DNA from: an uncultured Candidatus Saccharibacteria bacterium
GTDB taxonomy: Bacteria; Patescibacteriota; Minisyncoccia; Phycocordibacterales; UBA6065
Assembly: GCA_964495425.1 (NCBI GenBank)
Contig: CAZBVG010000003.1
Span: 518 to 64,517, forward strand
DNA length: 64,000 nucleotides
Reading direction: 5' to 3'
The translations under genes were made by a program, and so were the position numbers. Shown piece by piece: positions 8,062 to 17,310 of the stretch (within the stretch, counting starts at the first letter, position 1; every line of letters begins with the position of its first letter). The notes beneath the pieces are model-generated. The model saw nothing but the letters and a program-made list of their open reading frames with translations, did no database searches and was not told the DNA's origin.

Positions 8062-9195
8062 TTAGTGAAGTCCGATCCAGACACCTATAACAACCATACC
8101 GAGGTGCACTACCCACATACGCATGATGGTTTTTTCCTCACTCCAGCCTCGAAGTTCAAGATGGTGATGGAGAGGGGCCATTCGAAATACGCGTCGACCA
8201 AACAAATGACGGCCGATAGTCTGGATGATTGTTGAGAGTGCTTCCGCATAAAACATGAATGCAATGAAAGGAAGTATGGCCATGGCGTTGATTGCAAGAG
8301 CGTTGATTGCGAGTAGACCTCCAAGTCCCAGTGATCCCACATCACCCATTTGGAATCGTGCCGGTTTAATATTGAAATAAGTGTACGTCAGTAACGCGCC
8401 CGATGTCGTAGCATTGAGAATCGCCAGCGCATCGTAACCAGCAACCCAGGCAAGAAAGGTAAGTGCGCCGAAAGTCGGAATAAGCATTCCGCCGGTGAGT
8501 CCATCCATACCATCTGAGATATTCACCGCATTCGCTGTGAACATAACAATAAGAATAATGAGGGGAACAATCAGCATTCCTATATCGAGGTATCCTTGGA
8601 AAGGAATATAAATTTGATGCCAGTTTTCTCCAAGTTTTAAATAAATCCACCATGCGGTGATTGCACCTGCGGCGAATTGGAGAAGAAGTTTCTCGTGTAC
8701 GAGGACACCTTTTCGCTGCTTTGATCCGAAAATAGTTGTTGCTCGTTTAAAAAGCGTCCATGGCAAGGTAATAACAAGCCACAGTTTCACAAACCAATGT
8801 TTATGAACTCGTATAAGCGTAAATGTTTGCGAGAGGCTACGTTGGCGACGTTCATGACCAAAGACATTAAGTAAGTCATCAATAGCGCCTAACAATGCAG
8901 ACAAAATAAGTACGCCAATCGGTACCCAGGTAAAGCGTCGGTCCCAATTAAATATGAGAGTCATTACCACGACAGTGATAATAATAAGGAGACCGCCCAT
9001 TAAAGGAGTGTTCACCTTGTCCTGGCGCGACTCAAGTTTCATGGTTGCATCGCCGGCGCTTTTTCTGGTAATGCCAAATTTTCTCAAAAAACTAATGAGA
9101 AAAGGAGCCCATATTAGAGCAACAAGACTCGAAGTTATTGCAAAACCTGTGATGGTGACCAGGCTCTCTATCTGTGTAGGGAGGAAGTCTGTCAT
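8062..9195 (-). CDS. mraY: phospho-N-acetylmuramoyl-pentapeptide transferase
   Basis: TPLMGG, DD, NAVNISDGMDGL, MGDVGSLGLG, APLHHHLE..GWSE; has an insertion after the DD motif. Confidence 0.92.
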   Translation of the reverse strand: MTDFLPTQIESLVTITGFAITSSLVALIWAPFLISFLRKFGITRKSAGDATMKLESRQDKVNTPLMGGLLIIITVVVMTLIFNWDRRFTWVPIGVLILSALLGAIDDLLNVFGHERRQRSLSQTFTLIRVHKHWFVKLWLVITLPWTLFKRATTIFGSKQRKGVLVHEKLLLQFAAGAITAWWIYLKLGENWHQIYIPFQGYLDIGMLIVPLIILIVMFTANAVNISDGMDGLTGGMLIPTFGALTFLAWVAGYDALAILNATTSGALLTYTYFNIKPARFQMGDVGSLGLGGLLAINALAINAMAILPFIAFMFYAEALSTIIQTIGRHLFGRRVFRMAPLHHHLELRGWSEEKTIMRMWVVHLGMVVIGVWIGLH

Positions 9196-9232
9196 AGATG
9201 AGAGTATAGGCCAGAATGCCTCTAAAATCTAC

Positions 9233-10018
9233 TTATTTTTGAAAACGTAGACGGCGTATTGAAACCTCCTTTGCGTTCCGTGCGCTTTCAAAGGTGTAGT
9301 TGTCATTACCAATGACTCCTTGTTCTTTCCAGGTTCCACCTAACAGATTTTCTCCATGAACTAAAATATCTCCCTCGCGAACACCGTGATTAGTAAATCC
9401 ATCTGACGGCCACATATATGAATGTGCATATGAGATGCGTGTGTCATCATGCACTCTTTCGACACCTGTGATCACGAGAATGTGATTGTACGTTTTTTCT
9501 TTACCAGTACCCATAAAGGTAATGACGTCACCTGTTTGAGCTTCTGAAACTTGAATCGCAAAACTGTTGGTATCTGCTCTAAAAGAACTTACGCCAAGAT
9601 TTTCTGCTGGTCGAAGGCGGGCGAGAATTTTACCGAACAATCCAGGTCGAATCGAATGAACATATGATTGAATGCTTTTGCCGGTTTTTTCTTGGCAGAA
9701 AGAGTTGAGAACATGATAGGCGAAACCGGAGCAGTCGATTCCTAAATCAGAAGCAACCAGAAATTCTTTTAATTTGTCAGTAGAAAGATCTTTAATTGAG
9801 ATGCGCGAAAGCTTTGCAAGGATTTCAGCTTCTTCTGAAATTTCTTGTGGCGAACCTTTTCCTTTAAGTACCCGAAGACCGCTACGATTCTTGCGTCTAC
9901 GATTATTAAAGTAAGGACATGAAGGCTTTGTGCCAAGAGGCAAAGCCAAATACAGATCGATCATTTCTCGAGCCTTACCAGAAATTTTATCTGTCGGTTT
10001 TATCGGTTCTTCACGCAT
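9233..10018 (-). CDS. NlpC/P60-like (papain-fold) protein
   Basis: GIDCSGF catalytic Cys, GDVITF, YNHILVI catalytic His. Confidence 0.65.
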   Translation of the reverse strand: MREEPIKPTDKISGKAREMIDLYLALPLGTKPSCPYFNNRRRKNRSGLRVLKGKGSPQEISEEAEILAKLSRISIKDLSTDKLKEFLVASDLGIDCSGFAYHVLNSFCQEKTGKSIQSYVHSIRPGLFGKILARLRPAENLGVSSFRADTNSFAIQVSEAQTGDVITFMGTGKEKTYNHILVITGVERVHDDTRISYAHSYMWPSDGFTNHGVREGDILVHGENLLGGTWKEQGVIGNDNYTFESARNAKEVSIRRLRFQK

Positions 10019-11193
10019 GATGCGATAAATAATCCAAGGCTATTAAGTAAATTGTGTCCCTCCATTACACCAGACGTCGATTGTATCCTAAAAAGCTCCT
10101 TATTGTGAATATCGTTTGTATATTCCATTACATTGAGACCTTTTCTTCGCATTGAATCAATATCGACATCATATTTTTCAGATGTGATTCGCTTTACGAT
10201 TTGGCTCCCTTTTTCGATAGTACCTATTTCGGTGCGAAGGGGTGATTTTGTGAGGGCGGCTAGGTGAGCTTCAAATACAGAAAGTTTTTTCGGTTCGGCC
10301 TTTTTCTGAAGCGTAGATTCGTATACCGATGATGCAGGCTGACGAGCATTGAGTTCAAGGAGGTATGTCTTTTTCTTTTTTTCATCATAGACAACATCAA
10401 TGCCAAATAGTCCTCGCCATCCGTCGTCTTGAAGTCTTTGGCCGAGACGGGCTGCCATTTTATTAATATCCTCGTACGCGTTTTTGTAGTGAGGAGCCTG
10501 TGGAAGTTCCCAGTCATTACCAATTGTTGAGAAAGGTAGATCAGTGAAAGGGGAAAGACCGGTAATTTGATAACTTGGGTTTCCTATATAAATTTCATCT
10601 GCAACGATTGCGTTCACGGTAAAGACGGGGCCAGAGATAAAATCGACAACGCGGCATTCGCGCTCAGGAAATTGTTTTTGAAGTGCTGCTAGCTGTGCTT
10701 CCGATTCAATAATATAAGTACCTTCACCGGTATGTGAGTGATTGAATTGAAGAACAAATTGTTTGCCTTGAAATTGTACGTTTTTTAAAATTGTTACTGT
10801 ATGGGGTGGAAGTAGGTTTGCATCATCTTTAAGCCATTCAATCTGAGACACTTTTTCTTCAACATGTTTTGAGAGTTCAGCGCGAGGATTTAAAAGATTC
10901 CACCCTTTTTCTTGGGCAAGTCGTTCGATGCGGGCAGTATTTTGAAAGACCACAACATCTGCTGCGTGTTGTGAAATCATCTCTTGTACTTCAGGAACAA
11001 GCAGGAGATCATAAGTATCCTTTAGGTTCGTAGTATCTATGAGTAGTACATTGTTTGGATACTTGTTTTTGACCATTTCTCCAAATGGAGTCTTGTTTGA
11101 AACAACAAAATAATTACCAGTCGGTTCCACGCCTAAAGCTCGCTCAATGTCGCGTGTGACGTAGACAAGGGGTTTTTTAAGGTCTATATTCAC
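10000..11193 (-). CDS. ATP-grasp domain ligase
   Basis: EEKVSQ, HTGEGT, FISGP, GLFGIDVV, LLELNARQ; start moved to GTG 11193 (TATACT 6 nt upstream, avoids overlap with rsmI). Confidence 0.8.
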   Translation of the reverse strand: MNIDLKKPLVYVTRDIERALGVEPTGNYFVVSNKTPFGEMVKNKYPNNVLLIDTTNLKDTYDLLLVPEVQEMISQHAADVVVFQNTARIERLAQEKGWNLLNPRAELSKHVEEKVSQIEWLKDDANLLPPHTVTILKNVQFQGKQFVLQFNHSHTGEGTYIIESEAQLAALQKQFPERECRVVDFISGPVFTVNAIVADEIYIGNPSYQITGLSPFTDLPFSTIGNDWELPQAPHYKNAYEDINKMAARLGQRLQDDGWRGLFGIDVVYDEKKKKTYLLELNARQPASSVYESTLQKKAEPKKLSVFEAHLAALTKSPLRTEIGTIEKGSQIVKRITSEKYDVDIDSMRRKGLNVMEYTNDIHNKELFRIQSTSGVMEGHNLLNSLGLFIASCVKNR

Positions 11194-11230
11194 TCTGTAA
11201 GTATACTTCAAGATACTCGCGATAATACCC

Positions 11231-11896
11231 ATGGCCACACTTTATATAACAGCTACACCAATTGGCAACCTCGAAGACATTACGCTTCGTGCACTTCGCG
11301 TACTTAAAGAAGTGTCGGTTGTGTTCTGTGAAGATACTCGAACTTCGAGAGTTTTGTTTTCTAAATATGACATTAAGACGCCAACCGAAAGTTTTCATGC
11401 ACAAAGCCCTCTTTCGAAGATCGATCATATTATTGAGTTACTGCAGGATGGAAAAGATTTAGCGCTCGTGACTGATGCAGGTACTCCAGGCATCTCTGAT
11501 CCAGGTATGGTGTTGGTATCCGAAGTTCGTGCTCGCATGCCCGAAGCGCACATTGTAGCGATTCCAGGCCCCTCGGCACTTACCGCAGCAATTTCAATTG
11601 CCGGCCAGCCACTTCATGAATTTGTATTCTTGGGTTTTTTGCCCCACAAGAAAGGACGACAGACAATATTTGAAGAAATGAAAACGGATGAGCGTCCTTA
11701 TATATTCTATGAATCTCCTCATCGTATAGAAAAAACACTTGAATCATTAAAGGAGGTGGGAAAGAAGGTTACGATCTTGCGAGAACTCACAAAAATGCAT
11801 GAATCGTATCTTTCGGGTACTGCGGAAGAAATTTTGCTTTCATTCAAAAATAATCCCGGGACCCTTCGTGGAGAATTCGTGGTGATCATAAATTAA
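11231..11896 (+). CDS. rsmI: 16S rRNA C1402 2'-O-methyltransferase
   Basis: ATPIGNLEDIT.RAL, CEDTR, DAGTPGISDPG, YESPHR, RELTK.HE. Confidence 0.96.
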   Translation: MATLYITATPIGNLEDITLRALRVLKEVSVVFCEDTRTSRVLFSKYDIKTPTESFHAQSPLSKIDHIIELLQDGKDLALVTDAGTPGISDPGMVLVSEVRARMPEAHIVAIPGPSALTAAISIAGQPLHEFVFLGFLPHKKGRQTIFEEMKTDERPYIFYESPHRIEKTLESLKEVGKKVTILRELTKMHESYLSGTAEEILLSFKNNPGTLRGEFVVIIN

Positions 11897-11932
11897 AAAA
11901 GGTATATACTAGCGATATATCTTTTTTAATTC

Positions 11933-12124
11933 ATGAAATACAGAAATATTATTATTGCCCTCGGTTTTTTTATAATCGTAATTAAAATTCTCGGCGTGCC
12001 GCAAGGTTTTCGAGATATTTTATATATTCTTTCCGGTGCCGCAGTAGTTATCTTTGGTTATTTTTCAGCAAAGCCGATTTCAACAAAGCCTGATCCAAAA
12101 ATCACGATTAATACTCAATCTTAA
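11933..12124 (+). CDS. 63-aa two-TM hypothetical protein
   Basis: Two hydrophobic segments; in line with flanking + strand genes. Confidence 0.6.
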   Translation: MKYRNIIIALGFFIIVIKILGVPQGFRDILYILSGAAVVIFGYFSAKPISTKPDPKITINTQS

Positions 12125-12130
12125 ATTTCT

Positions 12131-13378
12131 GTGCCAGCGATATCGAAAAAGGAAGTTCATGTATACAGAACCGTGGTTGGACTCGGCCTTCTTTTTCTTC
12201 TCGCAATTATTTGTCTTTATATTGGCATTCCTGGTTTAACAGAGTCACAGTATGTAGGACAAGTTGTGTCATACGCGACAACGAGTCCAGATATTTTAGA
12301 TACCGGTAGAAAAGCGACACATATTAAAACACCTGATGTTGTGCGCGGTATATATATGACTTCCTGCGTTGCATCGGTAAAGAGTCTTCGTGATAACTTG
12401 GTAAAACTTATCGATGAAACTGAGCTCAATGCCGTTGTAATTGATATTAAATCGTATGATGGTCACATTTCCTTTGAAGGAAAAGATGAACGTGTAAAAG
12501 CAGCTGAAGGTGGTTGTTTTGTGCCGTATCTGCAAGATTTTATTGATGAATTGCACGCACGTGACATTTATGTAATAGGAAGGTTGGCGTCGTTTCAAGA
12601 TGCGCTACAGGTGAAACTTTATCCGGAGCTTGCGGTAAAGAAGGCGAGCGCCACATCAACTGTGTGGGGTGATTACAAAGGCATTCCATGGATCGATGCT
12701 TCTGCACGTCCTCAGTGGGAATATTTGGTTCTTGTAGCAAAGGAAGCCTACAATATCGGTTTTGATGAAATAAATTTCGACTACATACGATTTCCATCTG
12801 ATGGAAACATGAAGGATATTTACTTCCCATGGAGTGGAACTGAAAAGAAGAGTGATGTAATGCGATCATTCTATCAATATGTTCATGATGAGTTATCGAC
12901 AAAGGGGATTCCGATTTCTGCGGATATTTTCGGCATGACCACGACAAATTACGACGATCTTAATATTGGTCAATTGTTGGAAAACGCGCTTCCGAATTTC
13001 GATTTCATTTCTCCGATGGTGTATCCATCTCATTATCCGAATAGCTTCCTTGGACTCGGTGATCCTAACAAGCATGTATACAAGGTGGTGAATTATTCTA
13101 TGACCGAAGCAGTGAAGCGTACTGTTGCCACAACAACAAGAATTGAAATTCCAGGTGCGCGAATTGGAACTTCTACGCCGGCGATATATGCAAAACCTGC
13201 GTTTGATAAGAAAAAATTGAGACCTTGGTTACAGGATAATAACTATCCGGTGCCTTATACGGCGGAAATGGTTCGAGATCAAATTAAAGCCGCATATGAT
13301 GCTGGACTTGATTCATGGTTGCTCTGGAATGCGGGGAATAGGTATACCCGTGCCGCACTCGAACCATTTATTGACTAG
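12131..13378 (+). CDS. putative glycoside hydrolase (DUF4015-like), membrane anchored
   Basis: RGIY, LNAVVIDIK, GFDEINFDYIRFPSDG, SPMVYPSHY, RPWLQD; N-terminal TM. Confidence 0.85.
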   Translation: MPAISKKEVHVYRTVVGLGLLFLLAIICLYIGIPGLTESQYVGQVVSYATTSPDILDTGRKATHIKTPDVVRGIYMTSCVASVKSLRDNLVKLIDETELNAVVIDIKSYDGHISFEGKDERVKAAEGGCFVPYLQDFIDELHARDIYVIGRLASFQDALQVKLYPELAVKKASATSTVWGDYKGIPWIDASARPQWEYLVLVAKEAYNIGFDEINFDYIRFPSDGNMKDIYFPWSGTEKKSDVMRSFYQYVHDELSTKGIPISADIFGMTTTNYDDLNIGQLLENALPNFDFISPMVYPSHYPNSFLGLGDPNKHVYKVVNYSMTEAVKRTVATTTRIEIPGARIGTSTPAIYAKPAFDKKKLRPWLQDNNYPVPYTAEMVRDQIKAAYDAGLDSWLLWNAGNRYTRAALEPFID

Positions 13379-13381
13379 CTA

Positions 13382-13410
13382 TTGCAAGTTTAGGTTTTAT
13401 ATGATATAGT
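13382..13410 (+). promoter_or_regulatory. sigma70-type promoter (cassette E)
   Basis: TTGCAA(13382), 17 nt spacer, TG-a-TATAGT(13405-13410). Confidence 0.65.
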
Positions 13411-13491
13411 TTTATTGCACGATCGAACCATTGATTGCGCAAGTTCTTTGTAGGCAAACCTCAAATCCAGAAAATCTAAAAAATCCAGAAA

Positions 13492-13689
13492 ATGAAAAAG
13501 GTGTTGGCAGTTTTCGATCCGGTCAGCGTAGTTGCACAACCACGGCGTCCGCAGGCGGTTCGTGTGAGTTCGTCGTATCCTCTCTGCAAGCGGTGCAGGA
13601 CCATCGCCACGCCTCGCACCTCTGGGATCTGTATGAGTTGTGAGTCGAAAAATCCCACGGAAGGCGTGACAACTGTCACCGCCAAGTAA
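13492..13689 (+). CDS. 65-aa basic CxxC..CxxC microprotein (cassette E)
   Basis: CKRC and CMSC; flanked by promoter, AAATCCAG leader and terminator. Confidence 0.6.
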   Translation: MKKVLAVFDPVSVVAQPRRPQAVRVSSSYPLCKRCRTIATPRTSGICMSCESKNPTEGVTTVTAK

Positions 13690-13698
13690 AAGTTAGTT

Positions 13699-13728
13699 AG
13701 CCGCGCACATCCAGAGCGCGGCTTTTTT
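13699..13728 (+). terminator. intrinsic terminator with ATCCAG in the loop
   Basis: AGCCGCGC-ACATCCAGA-GCGCGGCT-TTTTT. Confidence 0.8.
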
Positions 13729-13863
13729 CATCCACAGAACTCACAGTTGCGTAAGCTTTACAATTTGTCAAAGAAAGAGTAGGATTTCTGGGTCGCGATA
13801 ATCCAGTTGCGACCTTTCCCAGGGCCCTGGGAAAGCGCCTAGAAAATCGAAAATCCAGAGTCC

Positions 13864-14097
13864 ATGCAAGGTAGTACCTTCAATGGTGAGAATGGCGGAG
13901 CGGGAAGTCCTGCTTCTGGTCGGGTTCAACACAAGCCGTACGGTCTGGCTGACATCATTGGGGCGAGACCCCCAACGAGTGCTCAGCGCGATCGCGATCG
14001 CTGGCTTGCTTCCACCCCCTCGTTGAATCGGAGCGGTTCCAGCAATTTCCTGAACGGAAATGTTGGGGTCATCCACTCTCGGGGAACCGATAGCTGA
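13864..14097 (+). CDS. 77-aa Gly/Ser/Asn-rich hypothetical protein (cassette F)
   Basis: Upstream TTTACA(13757)-17-TAGGAT(13780), a structured leader and the shared AGAAAATCG-AAAATCCAG motif; downstream terminator. Confidence 0.45.
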   Translation: MQGSTFNGENGGAGSPASGRVQHKPYGLADIIGARPPTSAQRDRDRWLASTPSLNRSGSSNFLNGNVGVIHSRGTDS

Positions 14098-14124
14098 TCT
14101 CATCAAGAGCGGAATAGATCCGCT

Positions 14125-14159
14125 AACCCGTCGAATTTAATTCGACGGGTTCTTTTTTT
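14125..14159 (+). terminator. intrinsic terminator
   Basis: AACCCGTCGAAT-TTA-ATTCGACGGGTT-CTTTTTTT. Confidence 0.85.
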
Positions 14160-14189
14160 ATATACAAAAAAATGGCATAATGTTGACAA

Positions 14190-16055
14190 ATGACCAGTGA
14201 TGATAAAGTCACATATTTTGCAGAGACAGATTCCAGAAATAAACGCATAAAGTTTGGTATCAAGGCCAAGGACCGAACTCGGCATATGTATGTCATCGGT
14301 AAGACTGGCATGGGTAAATCCACTCTTCTTGAAAACATGGCCGTTCAAGATATTCAGTCGGGTGAGGGTCTCTGTTTTATTGATCCGCACGGTAAGACTG
14401 CTGAATTACTTCTCAATTACGTTCCTGAACATCGTATAAAAGATGTTTTGTATTTTGCTCCATTCGATACTGAACACCCGGTTTCATTTAATGTGATGGA
14501 GGATGTGGGCTACGACAAACGACATCTTGTTGTGTCGGGTCTCATGTCTACATTTAAGAAGATTTGGGTAGACGCGTGGTCTGCTCGAATGGAATACATC
14601 CTTGGTAATACATTGTTAGCGCTTCTTGAATATCCCGGCGCAACGCTTTTGGGTGTAAACAAGATGCTTTCTGATAAAGTGTTTCGAAAAAAAGTTGTCG
14701 ATAATATTTCTGATCCAGCGGTAAAGTCATTTTGGGTAGATGAATTTGCAAAATACACTGAAAAATTTGCTGCGGAAGCAACACCTGCAATTCAAAATAA
14801 AATTGGTCAGTTTACGAATAATCCTCTCATTCGAAATATCATAGGTCAGCCGAAATCATCATTTGATATTCGAAAGATGATGGATGAGCGAAAGATCATT
14901 ATTGTAAACCTCTCAAAGGGACGAGTGGGTGAGTCGAACGCAAACCTTCTTGGTGCAATGTTTATCACCAAGATTTATCTCGCGGCAATGTCTCGTGCCG
15001 ATGTTTCAGAAAAGACACTTAAGACATTGCCAAACTTTTATCTCTTTGTGGATGAATTCCAGTCTTTTGCGAACGAATCATTTGCTGATATTTTGTCAGA
15101 GGCTCGAAAGTATAAATTGAATCTCACGATTGCACACCAATATATAGAACAAATGACTGATGAAGTGAGGGCGGCGGTGTTCGGTAACGTGGGAACAATG
15201 ATTGTGTTTCGTGTTGGTGCATATGATGCAGAGGTCCTAGAAAAGGAATTTGCACCACAATTTGAAGCAGAAGATATTGTAAATCTTGGACAGTATCAGT
15301 TGTACTTGCGACTTATGATAGACGGTGTCGGCTCTCAGCCATTTTCAGGTCGAAATCTGCCACCAATTGCTGAGCCTGCGGTTTCATATAAGGATCAGGC
15401 GGTTGAAAGTTCTCGTGCACAGTTTGGCCAACCACGATCGCTAGTTGAGGAGCAGGTAAGGAAACAAACTATGAGTGAAGAGCTAAATGCTCCCGCAAAG
15501 CCAAAGGAGGGAACTCCAAATGCCTCTGCTCCAAAATCCGCTCAGCAGCCACATCATCAAAATCATCCTCCACAGTCGCCTGCCCAGGCACCACGACCTG
15601 TCACAGATGTGCCACGTAAAGATCAGAATCCTCATCATGTTCAAAATCATGATCGAAAGCCTGTTCATGAACATAAAGAACGGCCTACTCCTCCTTCTGA
15701 CGAGGCTGATGGATTTCAAGGACTCGAAGCGCTCAAGAATCTTCATACAGCGCGACCTCCAAAGAATGATGTATCAGTTCGTACCGGTAATACACCAAAG
15801 CCAGAGAAAAAGGGAGTGACCCCTGAAAGTCGAGAAGATCTTAAAAAGGCCCTCGCCGCACTTATTGGAAATTCGCCAGAGAAAACAAAGACAGCGGTTG
15901 AATCAAAGCCAGAACCAAAAAAGGAAGAAACTTCTCCGGCCAAAGACTCTAAAGCGGAATCCCAGAGTGAACAAAAAAAGCAGCAAACTGAAGAACCAAA
16001 GTCAGAACGACGCGAAGTTCCCGAAGAAGTTTTGAAGCGAATTTTGGAAGTGTAG
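14190..16055 (+). CDS. VirD4/TraG-like (HerA/FtsK superfamily) P-loop ATPase with a low-complexity C-terminal tail
   Basis: RHMYVIGKTGMGKS Walker A, IDPHG, LFVDEFQSF Walker B, SEARKY.L.LTIAHQ. Confidence 0.85.
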   Translation: MTSDDKVTYFAETDSRNKRIKFGIKAKDRTRHMYVIGKTGMGKSTLLENMAVQDIQSGEGLCFIDPHGKTAELLLNYVPEHRIKDVLYFAPFDTEHPVSFNVMEDVGYDKRHLVVSGLMSTFKKIWVDAWSARMEYILGNTLLALLEYPGATLLGVNKMLSDKVFRKKVVDNISDPAVKSFWVDEFAKYTEKFAAEATPAIQNKIGQFTNNPLIRNIIGQPKSSFDIRKMMDERKIIIVNLSKGRVGESNANLLGAMFITKIYLAAMSRADVSEKTLKTLPNFYLFVDEFQSFANESFADILSEARKYKLNLTIAHQYIEQMTDEVRAAVFGNVGTMIVFRVGAYDAEVLEKEFAPQFEAEDIVNLGQYQLYLRLMIDGVGSQPFSGRNLPPIAEPAVSYKDQAVESSRAQFGQPRSLVEEQVRKQTMSEELNAPAKPKEGTPNASAPKSAQQPHHQNHPPQSPAQAPRPVTDVPRKDQNPHHVQNHDRKPVHEHKERPTPPSDEADGFQGLEALKNLHTARPPKNDVSVRTGNTPKPEKKGVTPESREDLKKALAALIGNSPEKTKTAVESKPEPKKEETSPAKDSKAESQSEQKKQQTEEPKSERREVPEEVLKRILEV

Positions 16056-16116
16056 CTCTATTGCCTTGAGTAACTTTTCTGGCATAGTGAGGATTATACA
16101 AACTATATAGACTGCC

Positions 16117-17310
16117 ATGGCTGCAAAACGAGTACTCATATTCTCATTCGTATACTATCCGCGATTCATAGGCGGGGCAGAGGTTGCTATTAAGGAAATC
16201 ACTGACAGGATTGATAAAGATGATTTCGAATTTCATTTGATTGCACTGCGGCTTGATAAGAGTCTCGCTAAAGAAGAAAAAATCGGTAATGTGATCGTTC
16301 ATCGTGTAGGTTGGACTGGCACGAGTAAGGATTCAGCGGATTCTCTTCCGTTATTTCTCCATCTTACTAAATTTGTCTATCCGCTTCTTGCAGCATGTAA
16401 GGCTTCTCAGTTACATCGAGAAAAAACCTTCAATGGTATATGGGCAATGATGGCAAATTACTCTGGCTTTGGCGCCCTTATTTTTAAATTATTTCACATG
16501 GATGTGCCTTTTATACTTTCTCTTCAAGAAGGTGATCCTATCGATTACATTAAAAGAAAAGTCCGCTTTGTGTATCCGCTGTTTAGGATGATATTTACCA
16601 GTGCACAAAAAATTCAAACGATTTCAAACTATCTCGCAGATTTTGCGAAAGACATGGGGGCAACTGCTCCTATTGAGGTTATTCCTAATGGCGTTGATAC
16701 TGCGCATTTTGCGAACGAATATTCTGAGAATGAACTTTCTTCCCTTAAAAAAGATCTTAATAAAGCTTCAGATGATGTGTTTCTCATTACCACATCACGA
16801 CTTGTTGTAAAAAACGCGGTTGGAGATGTAATTGAAGCCTTGGAATTTTTGCCAAAGCAAGTAAAGTTTTTGGTGCTTGGTGTTGGGTATCAGCTTGAAG
16901 ATCTCAGGAAGCTTGCGGCAGAAAAGGGTGTATCAGATCGAGTGCACTTTCTTGGGTATGTTTCCCACAAAGATATGCCAAAGTATCTCAAGGTTTCTGA
17001 CATATTCATTCGCCCGTCACTTTCTGAGGGATTTGGAAATTCGTTTATTGAAGCGATGGCGGCTGGAATTCCTGTGATTGCCACCCCAGTAGGAGGTATC
17101 GTTGATTTTTTAAAGCACAAAGAAACAGGATTATTGTGCGAAGTGCGCTCTCCGGAAGATATTGCTCGAAAGGTTGAGATGTATATGTATGATAAAAATC
17201 TTCGTTCAGAGATTGTTGATAATGCACTCACCATGGTCAAAGAGAAATACGATTGGAGTCTTGTGGCAAGAGGTATGGAAGAAAAGGTCTTTGCTATAAT
17301 GAATGCATGA
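16117..17310 (+). CDS. GT4 glycosyltransferase
   Basis: GGAE, IPNGVD, PSLSEGFGNSFIEAMAAG.PVIAT. Confidence 0.92.
   Translation: MAAKRVLIFSFVYYPRFIGGAEVAIKEITDRIDKDDFEFHLIALRLDKSLAKEEKIGNVIVHRVGWTGTSKDSADSLPLFLHLTKFVYPLLAACKASQLHREKTFNGIWAMMANYSGFGALIFKLFHMDVPFILSLQEGDPIDYIKRKVRFVYPLFRMIFTSAQKIQTISNYLADFAKDMGATAPIEVIPNGVDTAHFANEYSENELSSLKKDLNKASDDVFLITTSRLVVKNAVGDVIEALEFLPKQVKFLVLGVGYQLEDLRKLAAEKGVSDRVHFLGYVSHKDMPKYLKVSDIFIRPSLSEGFGNSFIEAMAAGIPVIATPVGGIVDFLKHKETGLLCEVRSPEDIARKVEMYMYDKNLRSEIVDNALTMVKEKYDWSLVARGMEEKVFAIMNA

Noticed and set aside
13727-13736. TCATCCACA as a DnaA box or origin
   Set aside because: A single 8/9 match next to a terminator U-tract, with no box cluster or dnaA context.
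14190-16055. Conjugative element or ICE
   Set aside because: No relaxase, VirB genes, integrase or boundaries; the flanks are chromosomal.
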